DNA of 33,499 bases, taken from NCBI GenBank assembly GCA_963791045.1, contig CAWBQK010000019.1, positions 1-33,499 of the forward strand, in the 5' to 3' direction. Positions within the stretch are counted from its first letter, which is position 1, and every line of letters starts with the position of its first letter. Source of the DNA: Candidatus Latescibacterota bacterium. GTDB lineage: Bacteria; Krumholzibacteriota; Krumholzibacteriia; WVZY01. The translations under genes and the position numbers were made by a program. The notes under the pieces were generated by a model that saw nothing but the letters and a program-made list of their open reading frames with translations, was not told where the DNA came from and made no database searches. Positions 20,023-29,000 of the stretch are shown here, piece after piece.

Positions 20023-20154
20023 ATTTTACCGCAACCGACAGACCTCGCGGTGAGCTATCTCTTTTGGGCATCGCTGCGTCGCCATCCCATCGACCCGCCC
20101 CTGTGTGTCCGCCGGTCGTTTTGCGGAGTGCCGAGCTACCTTAATGATAGCCAC
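19986..20154 (-). ncRNA. Candidate ~170-nt small RNA (or leaderless 42-aa ORF) of unknown family
   Basis: Bounded by an extended -10 promoter and a strong terminator; several complementary segments (GGCTATC/GGTAGCT or GATAGC; CCGCAA..CGAC/GTCG.TTGCGG; ACC-GCGA-GGT). Confidence 0.55.
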
Positions 20155-20160
20155 GTCGCA

Positions 20161-20171
20161 ATTATAACACA
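20161..20171 (-). promoter_or_regulatory. Extended -10 sigma70-type promoter TGTGnTATAAT
   Basis: Minus strand reads TGTGTTATAAT; no consensus -35 at 17-bp spacing; predicted +1 near 20154. Confidence 0.75.
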
Positions 20172-20210
20172 TTCGGCGCGCCAGAGAGTTAGGGAAGGCC
20201 AAGTTTTTTC

Positions 20211-20224
20211 TTGATTTTTATCAA
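20211..20224. promoter_or_regulatory. FNR-type (CRP/FNR family) binding site
   Basis: TTGAT-TTTT-ATCAA, an exact match to the TTGAT-N4-ATCAA consensus, centred about -63.5 from the predicted +1. Confidence 0.65.
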
Positions 20225-20254
20225 CTAGTTACGCGTATTTTGTCAATTTTTGCC

Positions 20255-20830
20255 CTATCTTGACAGCCTTTTGACCTCGCGGTAACGGAAACAGTCGACG
20301 ACATGGTCGTTGACCATCCCAATCGACTGCATCAGCGCGTAGCAGATCGTCGAGCCGACAAAATTAAAGCCCCGCTTTTTGAGATCCTTGCTCATCGCGT
20401 CGGATTCGGGCGTCGTCGCTGGCAGTTCACGCATGTGATTCCACTCGTTCTGTATCGTTTTGAAATCAACGAATCGCCAAATATAGGCGTCGAACGTTCC
20501 GAATTCCTCGGCGACGTCGAGAAACGCCCTGGCGTTGCGGACGGCGGAGGCGACTTTGAGCCGGTTGCGGATGATCCCGGGGTTCTCGAGCAGCCGGGCC
20601 ATGCGTTTGTCGGTGTAGCGTGTGACTTTCGCCGGGTCAAAGTTGTCGAACGCCTTGCGGTAGGATTCCCTTTTTTTTAGAACGGTCGACCAACTGAGAC
20701 CCGCCTGGGCTCCTTCGAGCACAATCATTTCAAAGAGGAGACGATCGTCGTGGACGGGCACGCCCCAATCGTTGTCGTGGTAGTCGACATAAAGCGGGTC
20801 GGTGCCGCACCACTCGCATCGTTTTTTCAT
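20255..20830 (-). CDS. tag: DNA-3-methyladenine glycosylase I
   Basis: RCEW, YHDNDWG, LEGAQAGLSW, IIRNRLK, FVGSTICYA, MVNDHVVDC. Confidence 0.95.
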   Translation of the reverse strand: MKKRCEWCGTDPLYVDYHDNDWGVPVHDDRLLFEMIVLEGAQAGLSWSTVLKKRESYRKAFDNFDPAKVTRYTDKRMARLLENPGIIRNRLKVASAVRNARAFLDVAEEFGTFDAYIWRFVDFKTIQNEWNHMRELPATTPESDAMSKDLKKRGFNFVGSTICYALMQSIGMVNDHVVDCFRYREVKRLSR

Positions 20831-20892
20831 CTGCCGTCCCCGATGTGTTTTGTTTTATAAATGCCCGTTATATCTGCGCCGGCCGCTGCGGT

Positions 20893-22429
20893 TCATTCGT
20901 CCGATCCAGCCCGGGCTATCAGTTTGAGATCAGACTTCCCGATCGCTTCTTGAAAATGCATCGTCAGAACCCCGTCGTCAAACACCATCCGCGCACTGCC
21001 GCGCCGCGTTTGTCCGAGCGCTTCGAATTCGAGGACAAATGTGTTTTCGTTTTCCCAATGGCCCTTTGTACGCCTGGAGAAGTCCCTCCGCGTCGGATAA
21101 CCGGTGAACGCCGTCGAGACCGACATCGGCTTCGATGTGCCGGAATCCAAGGGAGGCCTCTATCGCCGCCTCGTTCTTGCCGGGTTCGAATTCGAGTTCT
21201 ATCCATTGGAATCCGGCGGCGTTGGCGTCGAAATCAAACCGCTTGCCCGAAATCTCCGCCGCCATACCGGGAAGCGCCGGGACGGGTTGGGGCTCCGGGT
21301 TCGCCGCATCGTCGATCACCTCGGCGAGCCGGCGCGCGCCTTCTGAGTCGGGTGACAACGGCTTATCGTCCACGACGGACAAAAGGATGAAATCATGATA
21401 GAGCTGCCGAGGCACAAAAAACTTGCGGGACTCGAGACAGCTCGTGACCACGGTTACCATGTTCTCGTCAGGGTGGACGAACACGTACTGTCCCGCGTGA
21501 CCGAGCATCATGTAGTAACCCATATCGTTGGGCCAGACCTGGTACCCGTAACTGTCGGACAACGTGCCCGCGACAATGTGCGGTTTGACGGACTCCTCCA
21601 TCCATTCCCGCGATACGATCTGCTTCCCGTCCACGTTGCCCTTATGGAGAAAGAGGTAGCCGATCTTCGCAAGGTCGGCCGGGGCCATTACGATATTGCC
21701 CCAGCCGGTGTTGATGCCGCTGCGGTCCATCATCCACTCGACGCCGGTGATACCAAGCGGTCCAAAGAGGTTTTCGTTGGCGAAATCGAGGGCCGTCATA
21801 CCGGTGGCTTTCTGCAGAATCGCGGTCAGAAGATACGACGCGCCGTTGCAGTACTCGAAGCGTTCACCCGGTTCGTGAATCATCGGAAGACCGAGCACAT
21901 AGTCCGCCCAGATCGGCTGCCTCATCATCGTCCGCAAGCCCGCCCATTCGAACTTGTAAGAGTCCTCGCACTGAAACCCCGTTGACATGGTGAGCAGATG
22001 CTCGATGGTCATCTTTTCTTTGGCCGCGTCACGGTTGTCGATTTTTTTGCCGGGAAAGAAATCGAGAACCTTCTGGTCGACACTATCGAGATACCCTTTG
22101 TCAATGGCGATGCCAATGAGCGTTGCGGTAATCGTCTTCGTGCACGAGTGTATGATGTGCGGCGTTTCCTGGGGATAAGGCGCGAAGGACGCGTCGAGTA
22201 CTTTGCGGCCGTTGCGGACAATGATGATGTTCCGGATCTTGATGTCTTTGTCGGGAATGATTTCGACAAGCGCGACGAGGGTGTCGGAACTCATCCCCTG
22301 CTCTTCGGGAGACGCCGTCCGCCACTCGTTGTTCGGCCAGGGCTCCTGTGCTCCGGCGCGAACGGGGAGCGTCCCGATCAGTACGGCGAGGACACAGACA
22401 AACCAACACGCGGTGTGGAATCTCCTCAT
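20893..22429 (-). CDS. Exported serine hydrolase, beta-lactamase class C/NylB-like; frameshift near 21063
   Basis: Signal peptide; SxxK (HSCTKT), LLTMSTG, YCN, LGHAGQ. Removing one G in AAAGGGCC continues YKGHWENENTF... to the stop at 20893. Confidence 0.85.
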
Positions 22430-22450
22430 GGCTTTGCCTCGCTGGAAGAA

Positions 22451-22909
22451 TTACTCGACCGGCTCTATATTAACCGCGGTGCCGTAACACAGCACCTCGG
22501 TCACACCCTCCATGACTTCGGTCGCATCGTAGCGAATACCGACAACGGCGTTGCCGCCGATTTGCTCGGCGTGTGTGATCATCAATTCAAACGCTTCTTC
22601 ACGCGTTTTTTCGCAGAGTGTCGTAAAGAGCGAGATGTTCCCGCCGATGATCGTCTGGAGCGACGCACCGAGCGTGCCGAAGATGGAGCGCGACCGAACG
22701 GTGATGCCGCGGACGACGCCAAGCTGTTTGACTATTTTGTGTCCCTCGATCTCGTACGATGTCGACGTCATGGGATGTTTCATGAGCGAATCGCGCTGCG
22801 CGAGCGTCTTGTCTTTGTCGCTGAGTTGATTAAAGCACTGGATGCACACGGTGTCGGTTTTGAAGTAGTACCGTGACGGGTACTCCTTGCTGCACTTTTT
22901 GCACTTCAT
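22451..22909 (-). CDS. YbjQ/UPF0145 family protein with N-terminal Cys4 zinc-ribbon-like extension
   Basis: LGVVRGITVRSRS...GGNAVVGIRYD..EVLCYGTAV; N-terminal CKKC...CIQC; AGGAG RBS. Confidence 0.88.
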   Translation of the reverse strand: MKCKKCSKEYPSRYYFKTDTVCIQCFNQLSDKDKTLAQRDSLMKHPMTSTSYEIEGHKIVKQLGVVRGITVRSRSIFGTLGASLQTIIGGNISLFTTLCEKTREEAFELMITHAEQIGGNAVVGIRYDATEVMEGVTEVLCYGTAVNIEPVE

Positions 22910-22939
22910 ACAAATCTCCTGTGTTTGCGGGGTTGGCCC

Positions 22940-22971
22940 GGCACGGGTCCTGTCGCCGATTACCCCGCGCC
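22940..22971. repeat. Collapsed 32-bp copy of the REP/MITE-like element
   Basis: GGCACGGGTCCTGTCGCCGATTACCCCGCGCC is the left end joined directly to the terminal bases of the right end. Confidence 0.75.
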
Positions 22972-22980
22972 TTTTAGAAA

Positions 22981-24300
22981 TCAAGGCCATGATAAAAGTA
23001 CGCGGATGTCGCGCACATTGTTGCCTGTCGGACCCGTCACGATTGTGTCTTCTAACTCGTCAAAAAACGCGTACGAGTCCGAGTTCTTCGCGAACTCCTC
23101 CGGATCCAGACCGTGGTCCTCGGCTCGCGCGAGCGAAGTCCCGTCGGCCACCGCACCCGCGGCGTCCGAATTGCCGTCTATCCCGTCGGTTCCCACGCTC
23201 ATCACGGCTATGTTCTTACCCGCAATCCGTGGAACGCATTCAATAACAAACGCCTGATTTCGACCGCCGAGCCCGTCGCCCGTCACCGGCGACCGCAGTT
23301 CGCCGCCGCAAATCACACAGGCCGGCTTGTCGGGAAATTTCTTCTGAAGGGCGTCCAGTCCCGCGAGCAGCTTGTCCGCCGCCATGGGCACGGGCTTGTC
23401 ATCGACCGAATTGTCTATCGCCACCGCCCACCCGGATTCCGCGGCAAAGGCCCTGACAGCGCCGACGGCGTCCCTGTTCGACAACACACACCGCCACGAG
23501 GATCGTTCGAACGCCGGGTCCTCCGCTTTGGCTGTGGAGGGAAGAGAGCGATCGTCGATCAGTTGCGCGAATGATTCCGGCAGCTTCTCGTAAAAATCAT
23601 AGATTCTCGACACGCGCCGGAAATCGCTCAATGTCGATTTGTCCGGTGTCGTCGGCCCAGAAGCCACCGTGAACTCCTGACCGTCGGGAACGTCGGAGAT
23701 AAGAAGCGTCGCCTGTCTCGCCGGCGCCGCGGACACGGCCAGGCGGCCGCCCTTCACAGCGGACAGGTGTTTGCGAACGATGTTCATCGCAACGATGTCC
23801 GCGCCGCACGTTACGAGCGTTTGGTGGAGTTTCTGAATGTCTTCGAGTGGAATTCCCTCGCGTATCGGACAATCGAGAAGCGCAGACCCGCCGCCTGAAA
23901 TCAAAAACACAACGAGTTCATCGGCAGTTGCCGCCGCTGTGAGTTCGAGCGCGGCATGCGCTGCCGCAATGCTGTGCTCGTTCGGCACCGGATGCCCGCC
24001 GGGAAAACACTGGATATTCGGCCACAGCGATTCATCGATTGCCGGCGCCGAAAGGATTCCTTCGACGCGATCGAGGTCGAACGACTCGGTGAACCACTGC
24101 GTCATCCTCAAGCCCGCCTTGCCGAAAGCGACAAGCTTGATCCGGCTCACGTCCGACGGTCGTCGCTGGTGGCCGGAAATGATTTCCCCAAGTTCGTCGC
24201 GTGCGCGATCGAGGGCCGACTCGAGATCGAGTTCGTTCATTGTATGGGCGAATAGATCCCTCAAGACTTGCCTGGCTTTTCCTTTGTGCAGCGCTTCCAT
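22981..24300 (-). CDS. Glycerate 2-kinase (MOFRL/TtuD family)
   Basis: FGKA, GGHPVP, LISGGGSAL, RKHLSAVKGGRLA, ISDV, ASGPT, GGRNQ, GTDGIDG, TGPTGNNVRD. Confidence 0.92.
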   Translation of the reverse strand: MEALHKGKARQVLRDLFAHTMNELDLESALDRARDELGEIISGHQRRPSDVSRIKLVAFGKAGLRMTQWFTESFDLDRVEGILSAPAIDESLWPNIQCFPGGHPVPNEHSIAAAHAALELTAAATADELVVFLISGGGSALLDCPIREGIPLEDIQKLHQTLVTCGADIVAMNIVRKHLSAVKGGRLAVSAAPARQATLLISDVPDGQEFTVASGPTTPDKSTLSDFRRVSRIYDFYEKLPESFAQLIDDRSLPSTAKAEDPAFERSSWRCVLSNRDAVGAVRAFAAESGWAVAIDNSVDDKPVPMAADKLLAGLDALQKKFPDKPACVICGGELRSPVTGDGLGGRNQAFVIECVPRIAGKNIAVMSVGTDGIDGNSDAAGAVADGTSLARAEDHGLDPEEFAKNSDSYAFFDELEDTIVTGPTGNNVRDIRVLLSWP

Positions 24301-24335
24301 GTATATTCGCTCCGGTTGGTATGAGTTGGGTTGAG

Positions 24336-24371
24336 GTTTATTATAAACGCAGCCGGGGGGTATCGTATAAT
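24336..24371. promoter_or_regulatory. Divergent -10 elements with an overlapping palindrome
   Basis: TATAAT on minus (24345-24340) and on plus (24366-24371); inverted repeat GTTTAT-T-ATAAAC at 24336-24348. Confidence 0.5.
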
Positions 24372-24391
24372 GAAACAAAAGGGGCATCGAC

Positions 24392-25930
24392 ATGCCGAGC
24401 GCGGGCATTGACTTCCATAACGTTTCGTTTTCCTATCCGGGCATGACCACGCCGCTCGTCGAGCAGTTCACCTGCCGTTTTTACAAGGGCTGGACGGGTG
24501 TCGTCGGCGCCAACGGCACGGGCAAGACCACGCTTTTGAAGCTCGCCACCGGGCTTCTCACACCGGAAGAGGGTGAGGTGCGCGCGCCCGCGTCCGCGAT
24601 CTACTGCGAACAGCGGACCGACGACCCGCCGGCGCTTTTCGACGACCTTGTCGGTGCCGAGGATCGCGACGCCGTTCTCATCAGGGCCGACCTCGGGATC
24701 GAGCTCGGACTGGTTCGATCGTTGGAATTCGCTCAGCCACGGCGAACGCAAACGCGCACAGGTCGGCGTGATGCTCTGGCGCCGTCCCGACGTGCTCGCC
24801 GTCGACGAGCCGACCAACCATCTCGATACATTTGCGAAATCACTTCTCGCGCGCGCGCTTCAAAAATACCGTGGGGTCGGTCTACTGGTCAGCCACGACC
24901 GCGGTCTTCTTGATCTTCTCTGCAATCATTGTCTTTTTGTCGATCCGCCCGAGATCACACTTCGGCGCGGCGGGTTCACAAAAGCATGGGAAGAGGCGCA
25001 GCGAGACGCGCTCGCCCAGGAACGCCGTCTGACTCAGGCGAAGGCGGAACGCAAGAAAATCGAACGCGAGTCGGCGAGACGCCGAGACGAAGCGTCGAAG
25101 GCGGATCAGAAGCGGTCCAAGCGCGGGCTCGCGAAAGGCGACAGCGATGGACGCGACAAGATCGACCGCGCGCTCATGTCGGGCAAAGACGCCGTCGCGG
25201 GAAAACTCTTCCGCCAGATCCAGGGCAGACTCGGTCAGGCTCTAAAAAAAGAAAACGAGATCAAAACCAAAAAGACCTACGAGATCGGGATATGGCTCCC
25301 CGGCTCGCAATCTAAGCGCGATGTTCTTTTTGATATCGAACCCGAGACCCTCGCCCTTGGCGGGAGTCGTTCTCTCCGTCACACGGGTCTCGTCATGCAG
25401 CCCGATGACCGGATCGCGCTCACGGGACCGAACGGCACCGGCAAAAGCACTCTCATCCGCCGGATCATCACGTCGCTAAACGTGCCGGCCGAGCGTCTCA
25501 CATATGTTCCACAAGAGATCGATGTCGCCGACTCGGCCCGCATACTCGCGGAGGCGCGCGACCTTCCAAACAAGACTCTTGGTGTGATGATGACGGTGAT
25601 CAGCCGCCTGGGATCGCGGCCGCATCGGCTTCTCGAGAGCTGTCGAGCCAAGCCCCGGCGAAACACGAAAACTTCTCCTCGCGATGGGCATCGCGACGGA
25701 ACCTCACCTCATTATAATGGACGAACCGACCAACCACATGGACCTGCCGTCGATCCAGTGTCTCGAAGACGCGCTCCGCGACTGCCCGTGCGGGCTGCTT
25801 CTCGTCAGTCACGACATGTCGTTTTTGCGGGGGTTGACCAACAAAGAGGTGGGACATCACCCCCACATCGGATGAGCAGGGCACGACCCCGCCGGAACAA
25901 TATGTACTTCGCGAGATCAACTGGGACTAA
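24392..25930 (+). CDS. ABC-F family ATPase (two ABC domains, no TM), broken by about three frameshifts
   Basis: GANGTGKTT, LSHGERKR, DEPTNHLD, VSHDR; second domain GPNGTGKST, SPGETRKL, DEPTNHMD, VSHD. Shifts near 24707, 25640 and 25846; reconstructed stop TAA at 25928-25930. Confidence 0.85.
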
Positions 25931-26017
25931 GAGAGAAGCGGCGACAAAGTCCCCGTGAGTTCGCCGATAATTACAGTTCGATAGAGAATCCTGCATGGAC
26001 TGTTTTTTTCAACATTC

Positions 26018-29000
26018 CTAGCTGCCAATAAGCACAAAGGCCGCCCAGTAATATGGATGACTGTAGGGCGTTTCTCCGGAAACATCGGTATATATACGGA
26101 GCCAATTTTTCGCTTCTCGCAAGGCCTGCGCTTTCTCACGCAACTCTTCTCCGCGCTCGCCGACCAGATTTTCATAGAATCGTTTCATCAACATTGCGCT
26201 TGCCCGATCCTCGACCTTCCACAAACTCACGATTAGAGATCGTGCGCCCGCCTGGAGAAAAGCATGCGAGAATCCGACATATCCCTCGCCGGCTAATTCT
26301 TCTCCCAGAGCCGTCTCGCATGCGCTCAACACCACCAATTCCGCGTCGAGGACCCACTCATCGAGAATCTCCTTGGTGGTGAGGAGACCGTCAAAGGTGC
26401 GAATACGTCCGTTGATCGTGCCCACGGACGAAACATAATCGACATACGATAAAACCAGCGCAGACTGCGCCGGTCTGCCAGAATTGATCAACACATGCGT
26501 AGCGATATGAATGCAAGAAAACCGTCCGAGTTCCTTCGACTCAGCAAGATTCATGAGACGTTCCTCGTCGGCATCGGTTCCGAGCAGAATGGTTGAAGAG
26601 TCGAAGAGGCGAGCTATATCGTTCACCTCCAATCGGGTGCCCGGCAGGGAAAGAAGCTGTTGAACAGAACTACGATTGCTTACGAGCGTGTTTTCGTTCA
26701 CCACTGTGTTGTGCATGGCCGAATCGGCCGGGCTACTGACCGCAGCTATCAGTGTGGGTTCCGGAGAAAATACCGGGTCACCCACGAGCAATACACGGTC
26801 GCTCGGTTCAATTTGTTTGCGTCCCCGCTGATTGTTCAACCATGTATGAATAGTTGCCGACGGCGCGTAGGACACACGGAACCGATCGACCACAGGGATG
26901 CCATCATCGTCAATGAGCGCTTCAACCGGCGTGTCCAACATTCTGCCGGTCGGGATAACCACCAAATGATCGACATCCGCCAGTTCCGACGCCAGCGGTG
27001 ACAGGCGGTCTTTCCATACTAATTTGACACTTGAGGTGATTGCCGATGAAAAGGCAGAAGGAGTGGTGAGTGCATCACGGAAGATATCTAAGTGTTCCAG
27101 GCCAGTCGCCTTCGCATGTGACCCGGCAGGCGGAAGCTCCCGCCAGACGACGGATCCCGTTCGCCGGATCAAGTACGCCCACGATGTGTGGGTGGTGTCC
27201 CCTTCCTCTGCATCCAACCATCCGAGAACTGCCGTGCGAGACTCGAGCCCTGATTGCACCTCCCGCAGCGATGCGGGTTGACCCTCAGTGATCGGATGTT
27301 GTGAACGCAACTCATCTTGGCAGGCTTCCCACGAAGACAAAAGCCGCAAATAGTCACCCTGAAGCTCCGAAAGGCGGACATTCATTTCCTCGCTGCGTCC
27401 TCGGGCCGCCGCCTTGCGAGCGGCGTCAAGGCTGGCACTCACCTCGTTCAGCTCAATTCGCAAAGAATCCTCGTGCGCTATCTCTGCGCTTGAGAGCGAA
27501 CGCCTTTCGGTCGCCTGCAAAAGATCGAGCAGCGCCCGAGCTAAATGTCGTTCCATGGCATCCCAGGCCAAATTCTCCTCACCGAGGAGCAAATAGTTTT
27601 TCGCGAGTTCATTGTAAGTTGATTTTTGAAACGTCGCCCTGGCCAAGCCGGCACCCGCACGGCGGCGCGCGATTTCGTAACAACGAACTGATTCTTCCAT
27701 AAGCTGTCCCGCCGATTCCAGGTCTCCCTGCATCTGCCGCAGGCGTGCGAGGTTTTGGAGACTCTGAGCCGTGTACTTGTTTTCGTCGCCCAAAAGCGCA
27801 CGGCGGGTTGCCAGCGCTTTGACATAGAGTGTTTCCGCTTCCGCGTACCGCCCCCGTTCTTGAAGCAGGCGTGCGAAATTATTCTGGGTTTGTGCGACGG
27901 TCGGATGCATCTCCCCGGCGAGTTCGAGATAGATATTGAGCGCCGTGCGAACCTGCTCTTCCGCTTCATCGAGTCTGCCGATTTCTTTGTAAAGATAACC
28001 TATTCCCAGATGTGTCTGGGCAACATCAGGATGCGCGGAGCCGTAAATACTCTCACGAAGCGACAGCGCAATTCTAAACAGCGTGTCCGCTTCGGCGTAA
28101 CGATCCTGCCTCATAACGAGATTCGCAAGGTTATTGTAATTGAGAGCGACATACGGATGCTGCCGCCCGAGGTTTTCCTCGAGGATCTCAATCGCCTCGC
28201 GCGAGACGGCCTCTCCATCGACAAAGTCGCCGCGATCGTATTGCAGTTCAGCGATACCTGTAAGTGCGACTCCCACCTTCACGTGACGAGCGCCGAACTG
28301 GTTTCTCACATCAGTCAGGGAGTGTCGCAGCTGCATCTCCGCGCCCACAAAATCCCCCGCCTGCTGGAGCGCCTGCGCCAGGACCAGAATACTTTGGGAA
28401 GCATCCTGATCCAGCAACACATAAATATCGACCGATTCCCGAGAGTGGGAGAGCGCACGATCGATGTTTCCGGCCCGAAGGGCGATCCAACTAAGTTGAT
28501 AATGATCCTCTGCCAGTGAAGGATGAATCCGTCCGAGAGTTATCAGGTCGATCGCCAACGCCTGCGTCAGAGCTCTGTTCGCCGATACATAATCGGCTTT
28601 CTTGCCCTCCAGCGTGCCAATCAATCGAAGGCAAGCACCGACCCGTTGTTCATCGCAACCGAATGCTTCACGGTAGATCGGAAGCGCTTCAGCGTAGCAA
28701 TCCCTGGCCTCACGAAATTGATTCTGGAGATACCACAGCAAGCCGAGCCGCTCGAGCATCGTGGCATATTCGGGATGGAGACCCCCGTACGCTCTCTCGC
28801 TGGCCGAAAGTGCTTCACGATATAACGAATCGGCTTTCGCGGCGTCCTGAAGGTACCAGTACGCCGTCCCCAGATCCTTGAGACACTCAGAATACTCGGG
28901 AGAATCGGCTCCCAGCAATTCTTCAAATATCTTCAGACGCTGGTTCGTCAATTCGACGGCGTTGGCTGGTTGGTTCAAGTCGAGATCGGCCCCCATCGCA

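Noticed and set aside
20050-20154. SAM-I riboswitch, suggested by P1-like GCTATC...AGATAGC
   Set aside because: The core AUCxAGAG, GAGGGA, GCAACC and GUGC elements are absent, and no methionine-related gene follows.
19578-20214. ORF-track ORFs in the large intergenic gap (148, 65, 74 and 87 aa)
   Set aside because: No RBS or recognisable motifs; most cross terminator or hairpin sequences.
5245-22971. CRISPR array interpretation of the repeated ends
   Set aside because: Only three dispersed copies kilobases apart, no regular spacers and no cas genes.
3844-24300. Integron cassette array, suggested by a long co-oriented run of unrelated short genes (GNAT, HAD, cupin, SRPBCC)
   Set aside because: No paired RYYYAAC...GTTRRRY attC sites between genes, many gaps are too short or overlapping, and no integron integrase is in the window.
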